Below, piece by piece: positions 1 through 8,748 of a DNA stretch of 64,000 nt (position 1 is the first letter of the stretch; each line of letters opens with the position of its first letter). The DNA is from Candidatus Lustribacter sp. (GTDB lineage: Bacteria; Vulcanimicrobiota; Vulcanimicrobiia; Vulcanimicrobiales; Vulcanimicrobiaceae), in contig OZ255842.1 in the NCBI GenBank assembly GCA_965277805.1, positions 3,776,001 to 3,840,000 of the forward strand, written 5' to 3'. The notes beneath the pieces were generated by a model. It saw nothing but the letters and a program-made list of their open reading frames with translations, was not told the origin of the DNA and did not search any database. The translations under genes and the position numbers were made by a program.

Positions 1-1
1 C

Positions 2-1423
2 CGCTGCTACCACCGTGACTACAGCAGGTTGGAACGGCGATACGGGGCAATCGGCGAGTTTCTCGGTCACGTGCAGTGTCCGGCATTGTCGCGCACGCAG
101 TATTTGGCTCACGGTATACGTGTCGACGGCATTTGGTGGCCGGCCGTTAAGATGGACTGGATACCGGGTCGTACCCTGACCGACGAAATCGAAGCCGTGC
201 TGGGTGATGACAAGGCCATGCTGCGCTTAGCCGGTGGCTTCAGGGAAGCCGTGCGGTCGCTCGTTGTGTTGGGGATTGCGCACGGCGACTTGCGGCCCGC
301 GAACATTAAAGTGTCGGGCGGCGCAGTGCGATTCATCGACTACGACGCGATGTTCGTACCGGTATTGTCGGGTCTGCAGCAAGCCGCATACGGGCATCGT
401 AATTACCAGCACCCGGGACGCGTTCGCGCACGGTATGATGGCCGGCTCGACAACTTTTCTTCGCTCGTCATTTACACCGCGCTCGTGGCCCTTGCGTCGA
501 TGCCCGCGCTGTGGACGCAATTCAATGATGGCGATAACATGCTGTTTCGGGCGCAGGACTTTGTCTCCGACGGGCGCTCCGCATTATTTCAGGCTTTGCT
601 GGAAAACGATGCTACCCGTGCACTGGCACGTACTTTGATCGACGCCTGCCGCCGGCCGATCGACGCCGTTCCGACGCTCGAAGAAGCGATCGAACGATCG
701 GGCAAGGCGACGGCGCCGGAGCATTCCTCCCTCCGGCTCGTGCTGCCGGGCTACGATGCAAATAGGGCCGCGCAGCGGTCGCCGGATCCCGCACCGGAAC
801 CACCAGAGCAAGAAGTGCACGTAAATCGCCGGCCACGCCTCGCGTTGTTGTCGCCGCAAGTCGGCCTCGCGCTAACGGCAGTTGTTGGGCTCGGCATCGG
901 CGTCGGACTCGCGGGTTTATCAAAGCACGCGCCGGACGATACGGCTCCGCCGCCCTCGCTTGCCATCGTAACGCCCGTCCCGGTGGCGACGATGCAGCCG
1001 ACGATCGCACCAACTATACGACCCACGGCCGCGCCGATCGTCCGGCCAACCGTATCGCCGACGAGTCGCACATCAGCAGCGCAAGGTACATGGCAGATCA
1101 ACGAAGCGAACGTGCAGGTCGGCTCCATGGTTTGGGCCGGCGGAGCGGCTCTCACGCACAATGGGACGCTGGTCCTCAACGCGCACAAAGTCAGAATTGC
1201 TGGACAACCCGCAACACCGTGCGAGCGTGCAACCACGCTCCACGCCGCCGTCATGCTGGGGGCAGCGCGGCAAACGGTTCCGTTCCTCGAAACGAACTGC
1301 GCCGGGACAACGTCTGCGGGCGAAGTGCGCCTTGCCGATTTCGCTCCCGACCAACGCTCGTTCAGTGGAACGTTCTGGGAAAACGGCGTGCGATTGGGCG
1401 AGTTCACCGCCAGCAAGCAGTAA
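2..1423 (+). CDS. Membrane-anchored protein kinase-like protein (5' partial)
   Basis: Frame is open from base 2 (RCYHRDY...). Kinase-like motifs KMDWIPG, HGDLRPANI, FIDYDAM, NYQHP, then a TM helix, Pro/Thr-rich linker and C-terminal beta-rich domain. Confidence 0.75.
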   Translation, partial: RCYHRDYSRLERRYGAIGEFLGHVQCPALSRTQYLAHGIRVDGIWWPAVKMDWIPGRTLTDEIEAVLGDDKAMLRLAGGFREAVRSLVVLGIAHGDLRPANIKVSGGAVRFIDYDAMFVPVLSGLQQAAYGHRNYQHPGRVRARYDGRLDNFSSLVIYTALVALASMPALWTQFNDGDNMLFRAQDFVSDGRSALFQALLENDATRALARTLIDACRRPIDAVPTLEEAIERSGKATAPEHSSLRLVLPGYDANRAAQRSPDPAPEPPEQEVHVNRRPRLALLSPQVGLALTAVVGLGIGVGLAGLSKHAPDDTAPPPSLAIVTPVPVATMQPTIAPTIRPTAAPIVRPTVSPTSRTSAAQGTWQINEANVQVGSMVWAGGAALTHNGTLVLNAHKVRIAGQPATPCERATTLHAAVMLGAARQTVPFLETNCAGTTSAGEVRLADFAPDQRSFSGTFWENGVRLGEFTASKQ

Positions 1424-1436
1424 TCACTGCGGTAGC

Positions 1437-3122
1437 CTACTTCGTCGAGTGAGTCCTCAGCCAATTCTCTAGCGCGGTGAGCATGCGGGGGTCGAGACGC
1501 GCCGGGACGGTGAGGTATTGCTGGAGCGCGGCGTAGGGGGTTTGTTTTACGCCGGGGGTGATGGATTCGAAGAGGTGGTTGTCGTTGCTGAAGATGCGCA
1601 CGGTGACGTCATGGTTGGTGGCGCGTGCCGCCGTGACTAAGCGCGGGAGGTCGGCGGCGAGCACTTGGACGTCGGCTGCGCCTTGGAGGATCAGGATTGG
1701 TACGTGCACGCGTTTGATGTCGACGATCGGGTCGATGTCCATCGATGAGCGCAGCCAGGCGCGCATCGAGTCGTGACCCTCGCGCGCATTTTGGAAGTCG
1801 GTGAGTTCTTTGGCGTCCACGGCCTTGCGCTGATCGGCCGGTACGCTCGCGAGCGCTTGTTGCATGATCACGCGCCACAGCGGAAGCGACGGCGGCGCCA
1901 TCAGCACGATGCCGGCGACGCGCGCGTCTTCCGCCGCAACCGTCGGCACCAACTCGCCGCCTTCACTGTGCCCCAGCAGATAGATGCGCTTCGGATTGAC
2001 CTCCGGTTGAGCGCTCGCGAAACGATACGCGGCTTTCACGTCGTCGATGAGCTGGTCGCGCGTGCCGAGCGTGGTGCGCCCGCCACTTTTGCCGATACCG
2101 CGCTTGTCGTAACGCAACACGGCGTAGCCCGCGTTTGAGAGCGCGTTGCTGAGTTGGAGAAAAACGGGGTTCGGGCCGATCGTTTCATCGCGGTCTTGGC
2201 CGCCGGAACCGTGCACGAACACGAGCGTCGCGTATGGGCCGTGGCCGCGTTCGGGAACGGTGAGCGTTCCGGCAAGCATCGTGCCGTCGGCCGACGTGAA
2301 CGTGACATCCCGGCTGGTGAAGTGCGGGAACGGCGTCGGCAGCGCGGCCGGCAGCGGTACGGGCGTCGCGACCGCCGACGCTTGCGGCGCGCTCGAGGTC
2401 AGGCGATACTCCCCGCCTTGCTCGGGAATCTGTACGTCGTGCATGACGAACGTCGCGGGATCGTACCAATAGATCTCGTGCAAGCCGTTGAAATCGAGGG
2501 CGAGGCTTGCGTCACCGGCCGGTACCGACGGCGGTCGTGCCGCATCGCCGGCCGCGCCGATCGTGGCGAGCAGCGGTTTGCCGCCGGCAAGCACGGCGAG
2601 GGTGAACGCCTTCAGGCCCGTCGCGTGGATGATCGCGGGGACCAACGCGCCGCTCGCGATGAGGTTATCGCCGAGCAGCTCCAGCGGCGCCGACGGATCG
2701 GCGACGATGTCCGCACCTTGGCCGGGCTTCACGGCGACGCTCACCACGCCCGGCTTGAACGTCACGTCGGTATGCTGCGATGTGGTGCCGACGATGAAGT
2801 CGGCGCTGTAGCCGGTTTCGTGAAGCGTCGCCGCATCGTAGTGCATGGCCGTAGTCGCCGAGTACTTCGGTACCGAAAAGTTGGCGGATTCTTTGACGAC
2901 GATCGTGCCGGGCACCGACGTGCCGTCGATCGTGAACGTGCTTTTTCCGATTGGCGTCCCGCGGAACGTTGCGGCGTAGACGTAGGTGCCGTCGGGCGGG
3001 CGCGGCGGCACTCCCTGCGCACTTGCGGACACCGCTGTAATGAGGACGGCCGCAAAGAGCGCGAGCGTGGCGGTCCCCCGACAAGCTCGGGATGACAGGG
3101 ACACGGACACGGACAGAGACAC
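1437..3122 (-). CDS. Secreted alpha/beta hydrolase (esterase/aminopeptidase-like) with extra N-terminal domain
   Basis: VHGSG, YDKRG, GHSEG nucleophile elbow, QGAADVQV, NHLF; signal peptide ending ASA-Q. Start GTG is uncertain (3122, 3107 or 3101). Confidence 0.85.
   Translation of the reverse strand: MSLSVSVSLSSRACRGTATLALFAAVLITAVSASAQGVPPRPPDGTYVYAATFRGTPIGKSTFTIDGTSVPGTIVVKESANFSVPKYSATTAMHYDAATLHETGYSADFIVGTTSQHTDVTFKPGVVSVAVKPGQGADIVADPSAPLELLGDNLIASGALVPAIIHATGLKAFTLAVLAGGKPLLATIGAAGDAARPPSVPAGDASLALDFNGLHEIYWYDPATFVMHDVQIPEQGGEYRLTSSAPQASAVATPVPLPAALPTPFPHFTSRDVTFTSADGTMLAGTLTVPERGHGPYATLVFVHGSGGQDRDETIGPNPVFLQLSNALSNAGYAVLRYDKRGIGKSGGRTTLGTRDQLIDDVKAAYRFASAQPEVNPKRIYLLGHSEGGELVPTVAAEDARVAGIVLMAPPSLPLWRVIMQQALASVPADQRKAVDAKELTDFQNAREGHDSMRAWLRSSMDIDPIVDIKRVHVPILILQGAADVQVLAADLPRLVTAARATNHDVTVRIFSNDNHLFESITPGVKQTPYAALQQYLTVPARLDPRMLTALENWLRTHSTK
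3066..3097 (-). repeat. TGTC-tagged REP-like palindromic repeat, copy 1
   Basis: Minus strand TGTCATCCCGAGCTTGTCGGGGGACCGCCACG; matches three other copies in the window. Confidence 0.85.
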
Positions 3123-3125
3123 GCG

Positions 3126-4100
3126 CTAGTGGAAGGCGGCTGGGCTGATTAGGTCGCGTGAATCTATTGGGGGTGCGACTTTGTAGCGCGTTGCTGCGTC
3201 GACGAGCGGTTTCATCAGCTGCGGGGTTAGCACGGTGCCGAGCGTTACGCGGTCGCCGAGTGAAGCGATCTCTTGCGGCGTCACGGACAGGAACGTCGCG
3301 AGCATCGGTGCGGTTTCGGCGTGATGCGCGTTGCTGTAGATCGATGCGTCGTGCATCACGCGCACGAATGCCGCGGCCAGCGCGGGATTCTTCGCCGCCC
3401 AGTCGTCGCGCGCAAACCACGCGGTCATCATGAAACGCGGCGCGATCGCGGTTGCCGAGTAGGCCAGCAGTTTGACTTTACCGCTGTCGAGGCCGTTCTT
3501 GAGGAACGGCTGCGTGAGCGTGCCGAACGCGACACGGCCGGTGGCGATAGCCTCGGAGGCGACGGGCATCGGCACTTCGACGAGTTTGACGGTGGATGAA
3601 TCGCCGCCGTGCGCATCGATCCACGTTTTCATCGCGATCGTGTAGAGATCGTCGATCGCCGAGACCGCCGCCGTTAGGCCGTTTAGGTCGGCGCCGCTTT
3701 TGATCGGGCTGTCGGACTTGATGACGAGCGCGAACGACGGATGATCTGCCGTGTATTCGGCGCCGGGCGCAAGACACGTCAGCGGCAGGCCTTTGCCGCG
3801 CGCCGCCAAGAGCGACGGCATACTCGATTTGCCGAGATCGAATGCGCCGCTGAGCACGCCGGCGACGATCGTCGAGCCGCTCGGCAGGCGATCGATCTTG
3901 GCATCGATGCCGGCCTTCTTGAAGAGCCCGCCGTCGAGCGCGTAGAGAAACGGCGTAACCTCGTCGTTAGACGACGAGGCCGCGTGCAGCGGCATCAGCG
4001 CGGGCGCGTCGGCGGCAGACGCCGGTGCGGCCGGCGCGACGAGCGCGGCACTGCCGAGCGCGAGCAATTCCGCGCGGGTAAGGCGGCTGGATGATCTCAT
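3126..4100 (-). CDS. ABC substrate-binding protein, NMT1/THI5/SsuA family
   Basis: Tat-like leader (LTRAELL), GLFKKAGID, IKSGADLNG motifs. Confidence 0.85.
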   Translation of the reverse strand: MRSSSRLTRAELLALGSAALVAPAAPASAADAPALMPLHAASSSNDEVTPFLYALDGGLFKKAGIDAKIDRLPSGSTIVAGVLSGAFDLGKSSMPSLLAARGKGLPLTCLAPGAEYTADHPSFALVIKSDSPIKSGADLNGLTAAVSAIDDLYTIAMKTWIDAHGGDSSTVKLVEVPMPVASEAIATGRVAFGTLTQPFLKNGLDSGKVKLLAYSATAIAPRFMMTAWFARDDWAAKNPALAAAFVRVMHDASIYSNAHHAETAPMLATFLSVTPQEIASLGDRVTLGTVLTPQLMKPLVDAATRYKVAPPIDSRDLISPAAFH

Positions 4101-4158
4101 GGGCCGATGCTACCAGGACGCCCGGGACGAGACAAGCTCTTCGCGAACGGCGGCTACG

Positions 4159-4617
4159 ATGACGAACGACGCCTATCCGACCACGATCCTCGAGCCCGGC
4201 GACCACGAGCGCTGGACGGAGTTGTGGCGCGCCTACCTCACGTTCTACGAAACCGAACTTCCGGCAGACGTCTATGCGGCGACGTGGGGACGCATCATGG
4301 ACCCGGGCGGCTCGATTCATGCGCTCGGCGTGCGCGACGATGGCGGACGGCTGGTGGGGATCGCGCACTACCTTACCCATGCGCATTCGTGGTCGCGCGC
4401 TGAAGCGTGTTACCTACAGGATCTGTTCGTTGATGCCGACGTGCGCGGGCGCGGGTATGCGACCGCGCTGATAAACGGGGTCGCAACTGCGGCGCGGGAA
4501 CGCCGGTGTTTCAAGCTTTATTGGACCACTCAAGAAAAGAACGTGACGGCGCGGCGGTTGTATGACCGCGTGGCAAAGTTTACCGGTTTTATCCGATACG
4601 ATTTTGCGTTAACGTGA
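4159..4617 (+). CDS. GNAT N-acetyltransferase
   Basis: YLQDLFVDADVRGRGYA acetyl-CoA motif and NVTARRLY; start moved to ATG 4159. Confidence 0.9.
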   Translation: MTNDAYPTTILEPGDHERWTELWRAYLTFYETELPADVYAATWGRIMDPGGSIHALGVRDDGGRLVGIAHYLTHAHSWSRAEACYLQDLFVDADVRGRGYATALINGVATAARERRCFKLYWTTQEKNVTARRLYDRVAKFTGFIRYDFALT

Positions 4618-5898
4618 GACCAATACTCCGGCGGCGCTGACGTTTTGCCAGGGGGCGTCGAGCGGGAGCATTTGTTCTTCGGCGCGCAAGTCGGCGTACG
4701 GGATCGGGTCGCTGAGGCCGACGGGAGCGGCGTCTTCGGACATAAAGCGTTTCACTGAATCGATCATCATGCGGCGGAAGCGGATCACGGCGGTGTCGCT
4801 GACGCCCAGGTGCTCTTTGGTGCGATCTAAGATCGGGCCCATGCTTTCCTGAACGGCGATGTCCTCGCGGCTGACCCCCATGATGCCGGTATGGCTTTCG
4901 CCGCGGCGCATCGCCGCACGATCTTGCAGCCAGTTGTTTTCGCGATTGCCCTGCAGGCGGTGCTCGTCGTCGAGGTCGATGCCCGGGCGCAGGTGCGCGT
5001 TCTCGAGCAAGTTCGCGCGGTCCTCATCGCTGAGTGCCGTTTCCGACACTTGGAAGAAATAGAACATCGTGTGCGTGTCGTCGATCGGCGCGAACGCTTG
5101 CAGCCACACCCAGCCTTTGGGCGGCGGGAACATCGCATAGATCGGTGCGATGACGAGCGAGACGCGCACGTACTTCTGTTTGTCCGGGTCGACCAGCGGC
5201 TTGCGGATCGCCGCGTAGCGGAAACCGTACGGCGTGTCTTCCGATTCCATCCGCGGGCGCGTATCGTTCGATGGCCGGCGCGCGAAGCCGCCGGATTGCT
5301 GCTCCGTCGTCGTCACGTCGGCGCTCGGGCGGACGCCGTGGCGGTGCAGGAGGTTCGTGTGCGACGAATCGATCACGCCTTCGAGCCCTTGCGCCCAGTT
5401 CTCGTGCTCCAGCACGCGAACCGTATGCACGTGCGATGCCGGCACCTGCGTGAAGAGCAAATCCAACGGCGGCGGCTCGAGACCGGGCGGCCCCATGTAG
5501 GCCCAGATCACGCCGCCGGATTCATAGACCGTGTAGGCCGTCGCGCGAATGCGGTCTTTGAACGTCGAGTCTTCCGGTTCGACCGGCGTATCGATGATCT
5601 TGCCCGTGCAGTTGATGCGCCAGCCGTGGTAGAGGCACTCGAGGGCATTGTTTTCGTTGCGGCCGAGGACGAGCGACGCGCGGCGGTGCGGGCACAGCTC
5701 ATCGAGCAAGCCCACGCGCCCGTCGTCGCCACGGAATGCGACCAGATCTTCGCCGAGCAGCCGCACGCGCTTCGGATCGCCGCCGGCTTCTAAGTCCGCG
5801 CTCAGCAGCGCGGGAATCCAGTAGCGCCGGAGCATCTTTCCCATCGGCGCATCGGGCCCGACGCGGCAGAGGAGCTCGTTTTCTTCGCGTGTCAGCAT
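4609..5898 (-). CDS. Rieske non-heme iron oxygenase, phthalate 4,5-dioxygenase-like oxygenase subunit
   Basis: MLTREENELLCRVGP..PMG..LRRYW N-terminus; Rieske CPHR...CLYHGW; Fe motif EGVIDSSHTNLLH; GGAGG RBS before ATG 5898. Confidence 0.9.
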   Translation of the reverse strand: MLTREENELLCRVGPDAPMGKMLRRYWIPALLSADLEAGGDPKRVRLLGEDLVAFRGDDGRVGLLDELCPHRRASLVLGRNENNALECLYHGWRINCTGKIIDTPVEPEDSTFKDRIRATAYTVYESGGVIWAYMGPPGLEPPPLDLLFTQVPASHVHTVRVLEHENWAQGLEGVIDSSHTNLLHRHGVRPSADVTTTEQQSGGFARRPSNDTRPRMESEDTPYGFRYAAIRKPLVDPDKQKYVRVSLVIAPIYAMFPPPKGWVWLQAFAPIDDTHTMFYFFQVSETALSDEDRANLLENAHLRPGIDLDDEHRLQGNRENNWLQDRAAMRRGESHTGIMGVSREDIAVQESMGPILDRTKEHLGVSDTAVIRFRRMMIDSVKRFMSEDAAPVGLSDPIPYADLRAEEQMLPLDAPWQNVSAAGVLVSR

Positions 5899-5959
5899 GA
5901 TCTGTTTCCTCCGGTCTCCGTACGAAATACGAGGGAGGCGCGCGGGACCCTCGTAAGCT

Positions 5960-6973
5960 GTGCGCGTGACGACCACAGACGGCTTGCTCGAACTCAGCGC
6001 AGCGCTCGGCAAGCAAAACCAGCGGGCCCGCCCGTTGATCGACGGCAGCGTGAGCCCCAAGGGCATCCGCTTGCTGGGAACGGCGCTCGGCGGTTCGGAG
6101 ACGTTTTGGCGCCAGCTGAAGTTCGGCGAGTTCGACGTCTCCGAACTCTCGATGTCCTCGCTCTTGATCGCAACCTCGCAAGGACCGACGCCGTGGGTGG
6201 CGATTCCGGTCTTCACGCGGCTCTTTCACTACACCGAAGCGCTCGTGCGCACCGATCGCGGTATCGAGACGCCGGCCGATCTGCGCGGCAAACGCCTCGG
6301 CGTGCCCGAGTATCAGCAGACCGCGGCCGTGTGGTCGCGCGGCGTGCTCAAAGAGCACTTCGGCGTCGATCCCGCCGACATCGAGTGGTACATGGAGCGT
6401 CCGCCCGAGATCAGCCACGGCGGTTCGACCGGCTTCGTTCCGCCGAAGGGGGTGAAGCTGCACTACATCTCGCGCGACACCAACATGGGTGAGATGGTCG
6501 CGGCCGGCGAGCTCGACGGCGCGCTGTTGTACATTCCGTTGAATAATCTGGTCGATCGCAGCCGCATCGATTTGCGGCAGCACCCGAAGGTGCGGCTGCT
6601 CTTTCCCGATCGCGCCGCCGAGGCACGGCGCTTTTACGCCGCGACGGGCATCTTTCCGATCAATCACACCGTCGTCGTGCGGCGCTCGATTCTCGAGCAG
6701 CATCCCTGGGTTGCGCGCAGTTTGTACGATGCGTTCGTGGCCGCCAAGGATCGCGTGCTCGCCGCGCGCGACGCGAACCTCGAGCCGTACTTCGCCACCG
6801 GATTGCTCGGCGCGGAGGAACGCGCGAACTTGGAGCACGATCCGCTCGCCTACGGGATCGCGGCCGCGCGGCCGGTGCTCGAAACGATCGCGCGGTACGT
6901 GCACGATCAAGGACTGACCAAACGCAAAGTCGCGATCGAGGAACTCTTCGATCCTTCTACCTTGGACTCTTGA
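5960..6973 (+). CDS. 4,5-dihydroxyphthalate decarboxylase-like protein
   Basis: PLIDGSVSPKG, EFDVSELSMSS, DLRGKRLGVPEYQQTAAVWSRG and GIFPINHTVVVR are typical of the Pht5/OphC family. Confidence 0.8.
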   Translation: MRVTTTDGLLELSAALGKQNQRARPLIDGSVSPKGIRLLGTALGGSETFWRQLKFGEFDVSELSMSSLLIATSQGPTPWVAIPVFTRLFHYTEALVRTDRGIETPADLRGKRLGVPEYQQTAAVWSRGVLKEHFGVDPADIEWYMERPPEISHGGSTGFVPPKGVKLHYISRDTNMGEMVAAGELDGALLYIPLNNLVDRSRIDLRQHPKVRLLFPDRAAEARRFYAATGIFPINHTVVVRRSILEQHPWVARSLYDAFVAAKDRVLAARDANLEPYFATGLLGAEERANLEHDPLAYGIAAARPVLETIARYVHDQGLTKRKVAIEELFDPSTLDS

Positions 6974-6980
6974 GGAGTAT

Positions 6981-8150
6981 ATGAAGCGTCTTTTCGCCGC
7001 CATCGGCGCCGTGTTGCTCGCCGTCGGGCCGGCTGCAGCCCAAACCCAACCGCCGTTCACGGTGGATGTGATCATCAACTCCACCGGCTCGAACGCGTTC
7101 GTCGGCGAGACCTACGGCGGCGCGCTGCGCGTCCTCGAGCAATGGGTCAACAAGACCGGCGGCATCAACGGCCGGCCGCTGCACTTCGAATTTCACGACG
7201 ATGGATCGAGCGTGACGAATTCGGTGCAGATCGCGACGCAGCTCATCGCGCAGCATCCGGCCGTCGTGATCGGACCGGCGTCGTCGGGCACCTGCGCGGC
7301 CGTTGCGCCGCTGTTCGTGAACGGGCCGGTCGACTATTGTCTCTCGACGGCCTACACGCCGCCGCCAAAGGGCTATGTGTTTGCCGCGGCAACCGCATTG
7401 CTGCCCTACGTCGGGCCGGCATCGGTGCGCTACATGCGTTTGCGCGGGTACAAGCGGCTGGCCGTGATCGACGCGACCGACGCCACCGGTCAGGCATCGG
7501 ATAAGATGCTCCAGTACGCGCTGACGCTGCCTGAAAACAAAGACCTGCAATATGTCGCGTTCGAGCATTTCAACCCGACCGACATCAGCATTGCGGCACA
7601 AGCGCAGCGCATGCTGGCGGCGCACCCAGACGGCGTGATTTGTCTCGCCGGCGGAACGGCGTTCGGCACGGTGTTGCACGGCCTCTACGATGCGGGGCTG
7701 CGCGTGCCGGTGAGTGCTTCGGGTGCGAACCTCGATGCAAATCAACTGCAGCAGTACAAGAACTTCTTGCCGCCGGCGATTTACTTCAACTCGCTCTTGT
7801 TCTTCGGACGCGATGCGCTGCCGCGCGGCGGCGTGCGCGATCAGGTCGACAAGTTCTACGCCGCGTTCAAAGATGCGGGCGTGAAGGTGAATCCGTCGAG
7901 CGGGTTCAGCTGGGATCCCGGCTGGATCGTCGTGTCCGCGCTACGTAAACTCGGCACGAACGTCACCGCCGAACAGCTGCACGCCTATCTCGAAGGGCTG
8001 CACGGCTTCGACGGTGTTGACGGCACGTACGATTTCCGCACCGGCGACAACCACGGTCTCAACGATCTCTCGGTGATCATGGTGACGTGGGATCCGGCGA
8101 AGAACGACTTCACCGTCGTCAGCAAACCCGGCGGATATCCGTTCAAGTAA
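6981..8150 (+). CDS. ABC substrate-binding protein, LivK/leucine-binding family
   Basis: GAGGAG RBS, Sec signal, NKTGGINGRPL..DD motif. Confidence 0.9.
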   Translation: MKRLFAAIGAVLLAVGPAAAQTQPPFTVDVIINSTGSNAFVGETYGGALRVLEQWVNKTGGINGRPLHFEFHDDGSSVTNSVQIATQLIAQHPAVVIGPASSGTCAAVAPLFVNGPVDYCLSTAYTPPPKGYVFAAATALLPYVGPASVRYMRLRGYKRLAVIDATDATGQASDKMLQYALTLPENKDLQYVAFEHFNPTDISIAAQAQRMLAAHPDGVICLAGGTAFGTVLHGLYDAGLRVPVSASGANLDANQLQQYKNFLPPAIYFNSLLFFGRDALPRGGVRDQVDKFYAAFKDAGVKVNPSSGFSWDPGWIVVSALRKLGTNVTAEQLHAYLEGLHGFDGVDGTYDFRTGDNHGLNDLSVIMVTWDPAKNDFTVVSKPGGYPFK

Positions 8151-8151
8151 G

Positions 8152-8682
8152 ATGGGCAGCGTCGTTGGGGTTTCGCTGAGCGGAGGCAATACGTTTCAGA
8201 AGGCACCGCAAGCGTCAATCCGGCTGATCGCCGGCATCGGCGTCGAGGGTGACGCGCATGCCGGCGCGACGGTGCAGCACCTCTACCTGAAGCGGCGCAA
8301 TCCCGATGCGCCGAACTTGCGCCAAGTCCACCTCATGCACGCCGAACTGTTTGCACGTTTGCTCGAACGCGGGTTTCGCGTGGAACCCGGTCAGCTCGGC
8401 GAGAACATCACGACGGAAGGCGTCGACTTGCTAGGACTGAGTGAAGGCACGTTACTGACGATCGGCGAGGCGACGCTGCGTGTAACCGGACTGCGCAGCC
8501 CGTGCTCGCAGATCGACAAATTCCAGCCGGGCTTACTCGCCGAGATGATCGAGGACAAACGCGCGAAGCGGTTTCTCTCCGGGATCATGACGGTCGTGGA
8601 AGCCGGCGGTATCGTGCGTCCCGGCGATGCCGTCGCCGTTACGGCGCCCGCCGGGGCGTTTCGCAAGCTGCAGCCGATTTGA
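8152..8682 (+). CDS. MOSC domain protein
   Basis: GVEGDAH, RQVHL, GENITTEG, RSPCSQI, GIVRPGD. Confidence 0.9.
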   Translation: MGSVVGVSLSGGNTFQKAPQASIRLIAGIGVEGDAHAGATVQHLYLKRRNPDAPNLRQVHLMHAELFARLLERGFRVEPGQLGENITTEGVDLLGLSEGTLLTIGEATLRVTGLRSPCSQIDKFQPGLLAEMIEDKRAKRFLSGIMTVVEAGGIVRPGDAVAVTAPAGAFRKLQPI

Positions 8683-8698
8683 ATTCAAGGGGCTAGAC

Positions 8699-8748
8699 CG
8701 TGGCGGTCCCTCGACTACGCGCCTACCGGCGCTGCGCTCGGGATGACA
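8699..8748 (-). repeat. TGTC-tagged REP-like repeat, copy 2 (with inserted hairpin)
   Basis: Minus strand TGTCATCCCGAGC-GCAGCGCCGGTAGGCGCGTA-GTCGAGGGACCGCCACG. Confidence 0.85.
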
